Assembly (NCBI GenBank): GCA_964057225.1
Contig: OZ059896.1
Coordinates: 4,340,001 to 4,404,000 of the forward strand
Origin: Auanema rhodensis
Lineage: Eukaryota > Animalia > Nematoda
Direction: 5' to 3'
DNA: 64,000 nt
Shown here: one piece after another, positions 28,701 to 44,026 of the stretch
Position numbering within the stretch: the first letter of the stretch is position 1
Layout of the letters: each line of letters opens with the position of its first letter
The notes under the pieces: model-generated
What the model was told of the DNA's origin: nothing
What the model saw: the letters and a program-made list of their open reading frames with translations, nothing else
Database searches by the model: none
Made by a program: the position numbers and the translations under genes

Positions 28701-29946
28701 AGTGCACATCACGTGTACATTTAATTAGCATAAATTAAAGTTCACGTAAATTTCAAAGTCATGGTTACCATGCACCAATATCAATAAAAATTTGTTTTTA
28801 AACTAATATGGACATGAGGAATCTAATTTTGAAAACCGCATCTCTTTATCTTTCACGTGAAGCGAGTTACATACCTAGTGCACATCACGTGTACATTTAA
28901 TTAGCATAAATTAAAGTTCACGTAAATTTCAAAGTCATGGTTACCATGAACCAATATCAATAAAAATTTGTTTTTAGACTAATTTGGACATGGGGAATCT
29001 AATTTTGAAAACCGCATCTCTTTATCTTTCAAGTGAAGCGTGTTACATACCAAGTGCACATCACGTGTACATTTAATTAGCATAAATTAAAGTTCACGTA
29101 AATTTCAAAGTCATGGTTACCATGCACCAATATTAATAAAAACTTGTTTTTAAACTAATATGGACATGGGGAATCTAATTTTGAAAACCGCATCTCTTTA
29201 TCTTTCACGTGAAGCGAGTTACATACCAAGTGCACATCACGTGTACATTTAATTAGCATAAATTAAAGTTCACGTAAATTTCAAAGTCATGGTTACCATG
29301 AGCCAATATCAATAAAAATTTGTTTTTAGACTAATATGGACATGGGGAATCTAATTTTGAAAACCGCATCTCTTTATCTTTCACGTGAAGCGAGTTACAT
29401 ACCAAGTGCACATCACGTGTACATTTAATTAGCATAAATTAAAGTTCACGTAAATTTCAAAGTCATGGTTACCATGAACCAATATCAATAAAAATTTGTT
29501 TTTAGACTAATATGGACATGGGGAATCTAATTTTGAAAATCGCATCTCTTTATCTTTCACGTGAAGCGAGTTACATACCAAGTGCACATCACGTGTACAT
29601 TTAATTAGCATAAATTAAAGTTCACGTAAATTTCAAAGTCATGGTTACCATGAACCAATATCAATAAAAATTTGTTTTTAATTTAATATGGACATGGGGA
29701 ATCTAATTTTGAAAACCGCATCTCTTTATCTTTCACGTGAAGCGAGTTACATACCTAGTGCACATCACGTGTACATTTAATTAGCATAAATTAAAGTTCA
29801 CGTAAATTTCAAAGTCATGGTTACCATGAACCAATATCAATAAAAATTTGTTTTTAGACTAATATGGACATGGGGAATCTAATTTTGAAAATCGCATCTC
29901 TTTATCTTTCACGTGAAGCGAGTTACATACCAAGTGCACATCACGT

Positions 29947-32410
29947 GTACATTTAATTAGCATAAATTAAAGTTCACGTAAATTTCAAAGTCATGGTTAC
30001 CATGAACCAATATCAATAAAAATTTGTTTTTAGACTAATATGGACATGGGGAATCTAATTTTGAAAACCGCATCTCTTTATCTTTCACGTGAAGCGAGTT
30101 ACATACCAAGTGCACATCACGTGTACATTTAATTAGCATAAAGTAAAGTTCACGTAAATTTCAAAGTCATGGTTACCATGCACCAATATCAATAAAAATT
30201 TGTTTGTAGACTAATATGGACATGGGGAATCTAATTTTGAAAATCGCATCTCTTTATCTTTCACGTGAAGCGAGTTACATACCAAGTGCACATCACGTGT
30301 ACATTTAATTAGCATAAATTAAAGTTCACGTAAATTTCAAAGTCATGGTTACCATGAACCAATATCAATAAAAATTTGTTTTTAGACTAATATGGACATG
30401 GGGAATCTAATTTTGAAAACCGCATCTCTTTATCTTTCACGTGAAGCGAGTTACATACCAAGTGCACATCACGTGTACATTTAATTAGCATAAATTAAAG
30501 TTCACGTAAATTTCAAAGTTATGGTTACCATGCACCAATATTAATAAAAATTTGTTTTTAGACTAATATGGACATGGGGAATCTAATTTTGAAAACCGCA
30601 TCTCTTTATCTTTCACGTGAAGCGAGTTACATACCAAGTGCACATCACGTGTACATTTAATTAGCATAAATTAAAGTTCACGTAAATTTCAAAGTCATGG
30701 TTACCATGAACCAATATCAATAAAAATTTGTTTTTAGACTAATATGGACATGGGGAATCTAATTTTGAAAACCGCATCTCTTTATCTTTCACGTGAAGCG
30801 AGTTACATACCAAGTGCACATCACGTGTACATTTAATTAGCATAAATTAAAGTTCACGTAAATTTCAAAGTCATGGTTACCATGCACCAATATCAATAAA
30901 AATTTGTTTTTAGACTAATATGGACACGGAGAATCTAATTTTGAAAACCGCATCTCTTTATCTTTCACGTGAAGCGAGTTACATACCAAGTGCACATCAC
31001 GTGTACATTTAATTAGCATAAATTAAAGTTCACGTAAATTTCAAAGTCATGGTTACCATGCACCAATATCAATAAAAATTTGTTTTTAGACTAATATGGA
31101 CATGGGGAATCTAATTTTGAAAACCGCATCTCTTTATCTTTCACGTGAAGCGAGTTACATACCAAGTGCACATCACGTGTACATTTAATTAGCATAAATT
31201 AAAGTTCACGTAAATTTCAAAGTCATGGTTACCATGAACCAATATCAATAAAAATTTGTTTTTAGACTAATATGGACATGGGGAATCTAATTTTGAAAAC
31301 CGCATCTCTTTATCTTTCACGTGAAGCGAGTTACATACCAAGTGCACATCACGTGTACATTTAATTAGCATAAAGTAAAGTTCACGTAAATTTCAAAGTC
31401 ATGGTTACCATGCACCAATATCAATAAAAATTTGTTTTTAGACTAATATGGACATGGGGAATCTAATTTTGAAAATCGCATCTCTTTATCTTTCACGTGA
31501 AGCGAGTTACATACCAAGTGCACATCACGTGTACATTTAATTAGCATAAATTAAAGTTCACGTAAATTTCAAAGTCATGGTTACCATGAACCAATATCAA
31601 TAAAAATTTGTTTTTAGACTAATATGGACATGGGGAATCTAATTTTGAAAACCGCATCTCTTTATCTTTCACGTGAAGCGAGTTACATACCAAGTGCACA
31701 TCACGTGTACATTTAATTAGCATAAATTAAAGTTCACGTAAATTTCAAAGTTATGGTTACCATGCACCAATATTAATAAAAATTTGTTTTTAGACTAATA
31801 TGGACATGGGGAATCTAATTTTGAAAACCGCATCTCTTTATCTTTCACGTGAAGCGAGTTACATACCAAGTGCACATCACGTGTACATTTAATTAGCATA
31901 AATTAAAGTTCACGTAAATTTCAAAGTCATGGTTACCATGAACCAATATCAATAAAAATTTGTTTTTAGACTAATATGGACATGGGGAATCTAATTTTGA
32001 AAACCGCATCTCTTTATTTTTCACGTGAAGCGAGTTACATACCAAGTGCACATCACGTGTACATTTAATTAGCATAAATTAAAGTTCACGTAAATTTCAA
32101 AGTCATGGTTACCATGCACCAATATCAATAAAAATTTGTTTTTAGACTAATATGGACACGGAGAATCTAATTTTGAAAACCGCATCTCTTTATCTTTCAC
32201 GTGAAGCGAGTTACATACCAAGTGCACATCACGTGTACATTTAATTAGCATAAATTAAAGTTCACGTAAATTTCAAAGTCATGGTTACCATGCACCAATA
32301 TCAATAAAAATTTGTTTTTAGACTAATATGGACATGGGGAATCTAATTTTGAAAATCGCATCTCTTTATCTTTCACGTGAAGCGAGTTACATACCAAGTG
32401 CACATCACGT
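29947..32410. repeat. Tandem duplication of a 7-monomer block (1232 bp), unrelated in variants to the left-hand 7-mer
   Basis: aagtaaag at 30143/31375, aagttatgg at 30520/31752 and gacacggaga at 30927/32159 all share offset 1232. Confidence 0.88.
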
Positions 32411-35400
32411 GTACATTTAATTAGCATAAATTAAAGTTCACGTAAATTTCAAAGTCATGGTTACCATGAACCAATATCAATAAAAATTTGTTTTTAGACT
32501 AATATGGACATGGGGAATCTAATTTTGAAAACCGCATCTCTTTATCTTTCAAGTGAAGCGAGTTACATACCAAGTGCACATCACGTGTACATTTAATTAG
32601 CATAAATTAAAGTTCACGTAAATTTCAAAGTCATGGTTACCATGCACCAATATCAATAAAAATTTGTTTTTAGACTAATATGGACATGGGGAATCTAATT
32701 TTGGAAACCGCATCTCTTTATCTTTCACGTGAAGCGAGTTACATACCAAGTGCACATCACGTGTACATTTAATTAGCATAAATTAAAGTTCACGTAAATT
32801 TCAAAGTCATGGTTACCATGCACCAATATCAATAAAAATTTGTTTTTAGACTAATATGAACATGGGGAATCTAATTTTGAAAACCGCATCTCTTTATCTT
32901 TCACCTGAAGCGAGTTACATACCAAGTGCACATAACGTGTACATTTAATTAGCATAAATTAAAGTTCACGTAAATTTCAAAGTCATGGTTACCATGAACC
33001 AATATCAATAAAAATTTGTTTTCAGACTAATTTGGACATGGGGAATCTAATTTTGAAAACCGCATCTCTTTATCTTTCAAGTGAAGCGAGTTACACACCA
33101 AGTGCACATCACGTGTACATTTAATTAGCATAAATTAAAGTTCACGTAAATTTCAAAGTCATGGTTACCATGAACCAATATCAATAAAAATTTGTTTTTA
33201 AACTAATATGGACATGGGGAATCTAATTTTGAAAACCGCATCTCTTTATCTTTCACGTGAAGCGAGTTACATACCTAGTGCACATCACGTGTACATTTAA
33301 TTAGCATAAATTAAAGTTCACGTAAATTTCAAAGTCATGGTTACCATGAACCAATATCAATACAAATTTGTTTTTAGACTAATATGGACATGGGGAATCT
33401 AATTTTGAAAATCGCATCTCTTTATCTTTCACGTGAAGCGAGTTACATACCAAGTGCCCATCACGTGTACAGTTAATTAGCATAAATTAAAGTTCACGTA
33501 AATTTCAAAGTCATGGTTACCATGAACCAATATCAATAAAAATTTGTTTTTAGACTAATATGGACATGGGGAATCTAATTTTGAAAACCGCATCTCTTTA
33601 TCTTTCACGTGAAGCGAGTTACATACCAAGTGCACATCATGTGTACATTTAATTAGCATAAAGTAAAGTTCACGTAAATTTCAAAGTCATGGTTACCATG
33701 CACCAATATCAATAAAAATTTGTTTTTAGACTAATATGGACATGGGGAATCTAATTTTGAAAATCGCATCTCTTTATCTTTCACGTGAAGCGAGTTACAT
33801 ACCAAGTGCACATCACGTGTACATTTAATTAGCATAAATTAAAGTTCACGTAAATTTCAAAGTCATGGTTACCATGAACCAATATCAATAAAAATTTGTT
33901 TTTAGACTAATATGGACATGGGGAATCTAATTTTGAAAACCGCATCTCTTTATCTTTCACGTGAAGCGAGTTACATACCAAGTGCACATCACGTGTACAT
34001 TTAATTAGCATAAATTAAAGTTCACGTAAATTTCAAAGTCATGGTTACCATGAACCAATATCAATAAAAATTTGTTTTCAGACTAATTTGGACATGGGGA
34101 ATCTAATTTTGAAAACCGCATCTCTTTATCTTTCAAGTGAAGCGAGTTACATACCAAGTGCACATCACGTGTACATTTAATTAGCATAAATTAAAGTTCA
34201 CGTAAATTTCAAAGTCATGGTTACCATGAACCAATATCAATAAAAATTTGTTTTTAAACTAATATGGACATGGGGAATCTAATTTTGAAAACCGCATCTC
34301 TTTATCTTTCACGTGAAGCGAGTTACATACCTAGTGCACATCACGTGTACATTTAATTAGCATAAATTAAAGTTCACGTAAATTTCAAAGTCATGGTTAC
34401 CATGAACCAATATCAATAAAAATTTGTTTTTAAACTAATATGGACATGGGGAATCTAATTTTGAAAATCGCATCTCTTTATCTTTCACGTGAAGCGAGTT
34501 ACATACCAAGTGCACATCACGTGTACATTTAATTAGCATAAATTAAAGTTCACGTAAATTTCAAAGTCATGGTTACCATGAACCAATATCAATAAAAATT
34601 TGTTTTTAGACTAATATGGACATGGGGAATCTAATTTTGAAAACCGCATCTCTTTATCTTTCACGTGAAGCGAGTTACATACCAAGTGCACATCACGTGT
34701 ACATTTAATTAGCATAAATTAAAGTTCACGTAAATTTCAAAGTCATGGTTACCATGAACCAATATCAATAAAAATTTGTTTTTAGACTAATATGGACATG
34801 GGGAATCTAATTTTGAAAACCGCATCTCTTTATCTTTCACGTGAAGCGAGTTACATACCAAGTGCACATCACGTGTACACATAATTAGCATAAATTAAAG
34901 TTCACGTAAATTTCAAAGTCATGGTTACCATGCACCAATATCAATAAATATTTGTTTTTAGACTAATATGGACATGGAGAATCTAATTTTGAAAACCGCA
35001 TCTCTTTATCTTTCACGTGAAGCGAGTTACATACCAAGTGCACATCACGTGTACATTTAATTAGCATAAATTAAAGTTCACGTAAATTTCAAAGTCATGG
35101 TTACCATGCACCAATATCAATAAAAATTTGTTTTTAGACTAATATGGACATGGGGAATCTAATTTTGAAAACCGCATCTCTTTATCTTTCACGTGAAGCG
35201 AGTTACATACCAAGTGCACATCACGTGTACACTTAATTAGCATAAATTAAAGTTCACGTAAATTTCAAAGTCATGGTTACCATGCACCAATATCAATAAA
35301 TATTTGTTTTTAGACTAATATGGACATGGGGAATCTAATTTTGAAAACCGCATCTCTTTATCTTTCAAGTGAAGCGAGTTACATACCAAGTGCACATCAC

Positions 35401-38400
35401 GTGTACATTTAATTAGCATAAATTAAAGTTCACGTAAATTTCAAAGTCATGGTTACCATGCACCAATATCAATAAAAATTTGTTTTTAGACTAATATGGA
35501 CATGGGGAATCTAATTTTGAAAACCGCATCTCTTTATCTTTCACGTGAAGCGAGTTACATACCAAGTGCACATCACGTGTACATTTAATTAGCATAAATT
35601 AAAGTTCACGTAAATTTCAAAGTCATGGTTACCATGCACCAATATCAATAAAAATTTGTTTTTAGACTAATATGAACATGGGGAATCTAATTTTGAAAAC
35701 CGCATCTCTTTATCTTTCACGTGAAGCGAGTTACATACCAAGTGCACATAACGTGTACATTTAATTAGCATAAATTAAAGTTCACGTAAATTTCAAAGTC
35801 ATGGTTACCATGCACCAATATCAATAAAAATTTGTTTTTAGACTAATATGGACATGGAGAATCTAATTTTGAAAACCGCATCTCTTTATCTTTCACGTGA
35901 AGCGAGTTACATACCAAGTGCACATAACGTGTACATTTAATTAGCATAAATTAAAGTTCACGTAAATTTCAAAGTCATGGTTACCATGCACCAATATCAA
36001 TAAAAATTTGTTTTTAGACTAATATGGACATGGGGAATCTAATTTTGAAAACCGCATCTCTTTATCTTTCACGTGAAGCGAGTTACATACCGAGTGCACA
36101 TAACGTGTACATTTAATTAGCATAAATTAAAGTTCACGTAAATTTCAAAGTCATGGTTACCATGCACCAATATCAATAAAAATTTGTTTTTAGACTAATA
36201 TGGACATGGGGAATCTAATTTTGAAAACCGCATCTCTTTATCTCTCACGTGAAGCGAGTTACATACCAAGTGCACATCACGTGTACATTTAATTAGCATA
36301 AATTAAAGTTCACGTAAATTTCAAAGTCATGGTTACCATGCACCAATATTAATAAAAATTTATTTTTAGACTAATATGGACATGGGGAATCTAATTTTGA
36401 AAACCGCATCTCTTTATCTTTCACGTGAAGCGAGTTACATACCAAGTGCACATCACGTGTACACATAATTAGCATAAATTAAAGTTCACGTAAATTTCAA
36501 AGTCATGGTTACCATGCACCAATATCAATAAAAATTTGTTTTTAGACTAATATGGACATGGGGAATCTAATTTTGAAAACCGCATCTCTTTATCTCTCAA
36601 GTGAAGCGAGTTACATACCAAGTGCACATCACGTGTACATTTAATTAGCATAAATTAAAGTTCACGTAAATTTCAAAGTCATGGTTACCATGAACCAATA
36701 TCAATAAAAATTTGTTTTCAGACTAATTTGGACATGGGGAATCTAATTTTGAAAACCGCATCTCTTTATCTTTCAAGTGAAGCGAGTTACATACCAAGTG
36801 CACATCACGTGTACATTTAATTAGCATAAATTAAAGTTCACGTAAATTTCAAAGTCATGGTTACCATGAACCAATATCAATAAAAATTTGTTTTTAAACT
36901 AATATGGACATGGGGAATCTAATTTTGAAAACCGCATCTCTTTATCTTTCACGTGAAGCGAGTTACATACCTAGTGCACATCACGTGTACATTTAATTAG
37001 CATAAATTAAAGTTCACGTAAATTTCAAAGTCATGGTTACCATGAACCAATATCAATGAAAATTTGTTTTTAGACTAATATGGACATGGGGAATCTAATT
37101 TTGAAAATCGCATCTCTTTATCTTTCACGTGAAGCGAGTTACATACCAAGTGCACATCACGTGTACATTTAATTAGCATAAATTAAAGTTCACGTAAATT
37201 TCAAAGTCATGGTTACCATGCACCAATATTAATAAACATTTGTTTTTAGACTAATATGGACATGGGGAATCTAATTTTGAAAACCGCATCTCTTTATCTT
37301 TCACGTGAAGCGAGTTACATACCAAGTGCACATCACGTGTACATTTAATTAGCATAAATTAAAGTTCACGTAAATTTCAAAGTCATGGTTACCATGAACC
37401 AATATCAATAAAAATTTGTTTTTAGACTAATATGGACATGGGGAATCTAATTTTGAAAACCGCATCTCTTTATCTTTCACGTGAAGCGAGTTACATACCA
37501 AGTGCACATCACGTGTACATTTAATTAGCATAAATTAAAGTTCACGTAAATTTCAAAGTCATGGTTACCATGAACCAATATCAATAAAAATTTGTTTTTA
37601 GACTAATATGGACATGGGGAATCTAATTTTGAAAATCGCATCTCTTTATCTTTTACGTGAAGCGAGTTACATACCAAGTGCACATCACGTGTACATTTAA
37701 TTAGCATAAATTAAAGTTCACGTAAATTTCAAAGTCATGGTTACCATGAACCAATATCAATAAAAATTTGTTTTTAGACTAATATGGACATGGGGAATCT
37801 AATTTTGAAAACCGCATCTCTTTATCTTTCACGTGAAGCGAGTTACATACCAAGTGCACATCACGTGTACATTTAATTAGCATAAATTAAAGTTCACGTA
37901 AATTTCAAAGTCATGGTTACCATGCACCAATATTAATAAAAATTTGTTTTTAGACTAATATGGACATGGGGAATCTAATTTTGAAAACCGCATCTCTTTA
38001 TCTTTCACGTGAAGCGAGTTACATACCAAGTGCACATCACGTGTACATTTAATTAGCATAAATTAAAGTTCACGTAAATTTCAAAGTCATGGTTACCATG
38101 AACCAATATCAATAAAAATTTGTTTTTAGACTAATATGGACATGGGGAATCTAATTTTGAAAACCGCATCTCTTTATCTTTCACGTGAAGCGAGTTACAT
38201 ACCAAGTGCACATCACGTGTACATTTAATTAGCATAAATTAAAGTTCACGTAAATTTCAAAGTCATGGTTACCATGAACCAATATCAATAAAAATTTGTT
38301 TTTAGACTAATATGGACATGGGGAATCTAATTTTGAAAATCGCATCTCTTTATCTTTCACGTGAAGCGAGTTACATACCAAGTGCACATCACGTGTACAT

Positions 38401-41400
38401 TTAATTAGCATAAATTAAAGTTCACGTAAATTTCAAAGTCATGGTTACCATGAACCAATATCAATAAAAATTTGTTTTTAGACTAATATGGACATGGGGA
38501 ATCTAATTTTGAAAACCGCATCTCTTTATCTTTCACGTGAAGCGAGTTACATACCAAGTGCACATCACGTGTACATTTAATTAGCATAAATTAAAGTTCA
38601 CGTAAATTTCAAAGTCATGGTTACCATGAACCAATATCAATAAAAAGTTGTTTTTAGACTAATATGGACATGGGGAATCTAATTTTGAAAACCGCATCTC
38701 TTTATCTTTCACGTGAAGCGAGTTACATACCAAGTGCACATCACGTGTACATTTAATTAGCATAAATTAAAGTTCACGTAAATTTCAAAGTCATGGTTAC
38801 CATGCACCAAGATTAATAAAAATTTGTTTTTAGACTAATATGGACATGGGGAATCTAATTTTGAAAACCGCATCTCTTTATCTTTTACGTGAAGCGAGTT
38901 ACATACCAAGTGCACATCACGTGTACATTTAATTAGCATAAATTAAAGTTCACGTAAATTTCAAAGTCATGGTTACCATGAACCAATATCAATAAAAATT
39001 TGTTTTTAGACTAATATGGACATGGGGAATCTAATTTTGAAAATCGCATCTCTTTATCTTTCACGTGAAGCGAGTTACATACCAAGTGCACATCACGTGT
39101 ACATTTAATTAGCATAAATTAAAGTTCACGTAAATTTCAAAGTCATGGTTACCATGAACCAACATCAATAAAAATTTGTTTTTAGACTAATATGGACATG
39201 GGGAATCTAATTTTGAAAACCGCATCTCTTTATCTTTCACGTGAAGCGAGTTACATACCAAGTGCACATCACGTGTACATTTAATTAGCATAAATTAAAG
39301 TTCACGTAAATTTCAAAGTCATGGTTACCATGAACCAATATCAATAAAAATTTGTTTTCAGACTAATTTGGACATGGGGAATCTAATTTTGAAAACCGCT
39401 TCTCTTTATCTTTCAAGTGAAGCGAGTTACATACCAAGTGCACATCACGTGTACATTTAATTAGCATAAATTAAAGTTCACGTAAATTTCAAAGTCATGG
39501 TTACCATGAACCAATATCAATAAAAATTTGTTTTTAAACTAATATGGACATGGGGAATCTAATTTTGAAAACCGCATCTCTTTATCTTTCACGTGAAGCG
39601 AGTTACATACCAAGTGCACATAACGTGTACATTTAATTAGCATAAATTAAAGTTCACGTAAATTTCAAAGTCATGGTTACCATGCACCAATATCAATAAA
39701 AATTTGTTTTTAGACTAATATGGACATGGAGAATCTAATTTTGAAAACCGCATCTCTTTATCTTTCACGTGAAGCGAGTTACATACCAAGTGCACATCAC
39801 GTGTACACTTAATTAGCATAAATTAAAGTTCACGTAAATTTCAAAGTCATGGTTACCATGAACCAATATCAATAAAAATTTGTTTTTAGACTAATATGGA
39901 CATGGGGAATCTAATTTTGAAAATCGCATCTCTTTATCTTTCACGTGAAGCGAGTTACATACCAAGTGCACATCACGTGTACATTTAATTAGCATAAATT
40001 AAAGTTCACGTAAATTTCAAAGTCATGGTTACCATGAACCAATATCAATAAAAATTTGTTTTCAGACTAATTTGGACATGGGGAATCTAATTTTGAAAAC
40101 CGCATCTCTTTATCTTTCAAGTGAAGCGAGTTACATACCAAGTGCACATCACGTGTACATTTAATTAGCATAAATTAAAGTTCACGTAAATTTCAAAGTC
40201 ATGGTTACCATGAACCAATATCAATAAAAATTTGTTTTTAAACTAATATGGACATGGGGAATCTAATTTTGAAAACCGCATCTCTTTATCTTTCACGTGA
40301 AGCGAGTTACATACCAAGTGCACATCACGTGTACATTTAATTAGCATAAATTAAAGTTCACGTAAATTTCAAAGTCATGGTTACCATGAACCAATATCAA
40401 TAAAAATTTGTTTTTAAACTAATATGGACATGGGGAATCTAATTTTGAAAACCGCATCTCTTTATCTTTCACGTGAAGCGAGTTACATACCAAGTGCACA
40501 TCACGTGTACATTTAATTAGCATAAATTAAAGTTCACGTAAATTTCAAAGTCATGGTTACCATGAACCAATATCAATAAAAATTTGTTTTTAGACTAATA
40601 TGGACATGGGGAATCTAATTTTGAAAATCGCATCTCTTTATCTTTCACGTGAAGCGAGTTACATACCAAGTGCACATCACGTGTACATTTAATTAGCATA
40701 AATTAAAGTTCACGTAAATTTCAAAGTCATGGTTACCATGAACCAATATCAATAAAAATTTGTTTTCAGACTAATTTGGACATGGGGAATCTAATTTTGA
40801 AAACCGCATCTCTTTATCTTTCAAGTGAAGCGAGTTACATACCAAGTGCACATCACGTGTACATTTAATTAGCATAAATTAAAGTTCACGTAAATTTCAA
40901 AGTCATGGTTACCATGAACCAATATCAATAAAAATTTGTTTGCAGACTAATATGGACATGGGGAATCTAATTTTGAAAACCGCATCTCTTTATCTTTCAA
41001 GTGAAGCGAGTTACATACCAAGTGCACATCACGTGTACATTTAATTAGCATAAATTAAAGTTCACGTAAATTTCAAAGTCATGGTTACCATGCACCAATA
41101 TCAATAAAAATTTGTTTTTAGACTAATATGGACATGGAGAATCTAATTTTGAAAACCGCATCTCTTTATCTTTCACGTGAAGCGAGTTACATACCAAGTG
41201 CACATCACGTGTACATTTAATTAGCATAAATTAAAGTTCACGTAAATTTCAAAGTCATGGTTACCATGCACCAATATCAATAAAAATTTGTTTTTAGACT
41301 AATATGAACATGGGGAATCTAATTTTGAAAACCGCATCTCTTTATCTTTCACGTGAAGCGAGTTACATACCAAGTGCACATAACGTGTACATTTAATTAG

Positions 41401-44026
41401 CATAAATTAAAGTTCACGTAAATTTCAAAGTCATGGTTACCATGAACCAATATCAATAAAAATTTGTTTTCAGACTAATTTGGACATGGGGAATCTAATT
41501 TTGAAATTCGCATCTCTTTATCTTTCACGTGAAGCGAGTTACATACCAAGTGCACATAACGTGTACATTTAATTAGCATAAATTAAAGTTCACGTAAATT
41601 TCAAAGTCATGGTTACCATGAACCAATATCAATAAAAATTTGTTTTCAGACTAATTTGGACATGGGGAATCTAATTTTGAAATTCGCATCTCTTTATCTT
41701 TCACGTGAAGCGAGTTACATACCAAGTGCACATAACGTGTACATTTAATTAGCATAAATTAAAGTTCACGTAAGTTTCAAAGTCATGGTTACCATGCACC
41801 AATATCAATAAAAATTTGTTTTCAGACTAATTTGGACATGGGGAATCTAATTTTGAAAACCGCATCTCTTTATCTTTCAAGTGAAGCGAGTTACATACCA
41901 AGTGCACATCACGTGTACATTTAATTAGCATAAATTAAAGTTCACGTAAATTTCAAAGTCATGGTTACCATGAACCAATATCAATAAAAATTTGTTTTTA
42001 AACTAATATGGACATGGGGAATCTAATTTTGAAAACCGCATCTCTTTATCTTTCACGTGAAGCGAGTTACATACCTAGTGCACATCACGTGTACATTTAA
42101 TTAGCATAAATTAAAGTTCACGTAAATTTCAAAGTCATGGTTACCATGAACCAATATCAATAAAAATTTGTTTTTAGACTAATATGGACATGGGGAATCT
42201 AATTTTGAAAATCGCATCTCTTTATCTTTCACGTGAAGCGAGTTACATACCAAGTGCACATCACGTGTACATTTAATTAGCATAAATTAAAGTTCACGTA
42301 AATTTCAAAGTCATGGTTACCATGCACCAATATTAATAAAAATTTGTTTTTAGACTAATATGGACATGGGGAATCTAATTTTGAAAACCGCATCTCTTTA
42401 TCTTTCACGTGAAGCGAGTTACATACCAAGTGCACATCACGTGTACATTTAATTAGCATAAATTAAAGTTCACGTAAATTTCAAAGTCATGGTTACCATG
42501 AACCAATATCAATAAAAATTTGTTTTTAGACTAATATGGACATGGGGAATCTAATTTTGAAAACCGCATCTCTTTATCTTTCACGTGAAGCGAGTTACAT
42601 ACCAAGTGCACATCACGTGTACATTTAATTAGCATAAATTAAAGTTCACGTAAATTTCAAAGTCATGGTTACCATGAACCAATATCAATAAAAATTTGTT
42701 TTTAGACTAATATGGACATGGGGAATCTAATTTTGAAAATCGCATCTCTTTATCTTTTACGTGAAGCGAGTTACATACCAAGTGCACATCACGTGTACAT
42801 TTAATTAGCATAAATTAAAGTTCACGTAAATTTCAAAGTCATGGTTACCATGAACCAATATCAATAAAAATTTGTTTTTAGACTAATATGGACATGGGGA
42901 ATCTAATTTTGAAAACCGCATCTCTTTATCTTTCACGTGAAGCGAGTTACATACCAAGTGCACATCACGTGTACATTTAATTAGCATAAATTAAAGTTCA
43001 CGTAAATTTCAAAGTCATGGTTACCATGCACCAATATTAATAAAAATTTGTTTTTAGACTAATATGGACATGGGGAATCTAATTTTGAAAACCGCATCTC
43101 TTTATCTTTCACGTGAAGCGAGTTACATACCAAGTGCACATCACGTGTACATTTAATTAGCATAAATTAAAGTTCACGTAAATTTCAAAGTCATGGTTAC
43201 CATGAACCAATATCAATAAAAATTTGTTTTTAGACTAATATGGACATGGGGAATCTAATTTTGAAAACCGCATCTCTTTATCTTTCACGTGAAGCGAGTT
43301 ACATACCAAGTGCACATCACGTGTACATTTAATTAGCATAAATTAAAGTTCACGTAAATTTCAAAGTCATGGTTACCATGCACCAATATTAATAAAAATT
43401 TGTTTTTAGACTAATATGGACATGGGGAATCTAATTTTGAAAACCGCATCTCTTTATCTTTCACGTGAAGCGAGTTACATACCAAGTGCACATCACGTGT
43501 ACATTTAATTAGCATAAATTAAAGTTCACGTAAATTTCAAAGTCATGGTTACCATGAACCAATATCAATAAAAATTTGTTTTTAGACTAATATGGACATG
43601 GGGAATCTAATTTTGAAAACCGCATCTCTTTATCTTTCACGTGAAGCGAGTTACATACCAAGTGCACATCACGTGTACATTTAATTAGCATAAATTAAAG
43701 TTCACGTAAATTTCAAAGTCATGGTTACCATGAACCAATATCAATAAAAATTTGTTTTTAGACTAATATGGACATGGGGAATCTAATTTTGAAAATCGCA
43801 TCTCTTTATCTTTCACGTGAAGCGAGTTACATACCAAGTGCACATCACGTGTACATTTAATTAGCATAAATTAAAGTTCACGTAAATTTCAAAGTCATGG
43901 TTACCATGAACCAATATCAATAAAAATTTGTTTTTAGACTAATATGGACATGGGGAATCTAATTTTGAAAACCGCATCTCTTTATCTTTCACGTGAAGCG
44001 AGTTACATACCAAGTGCACATCACGT

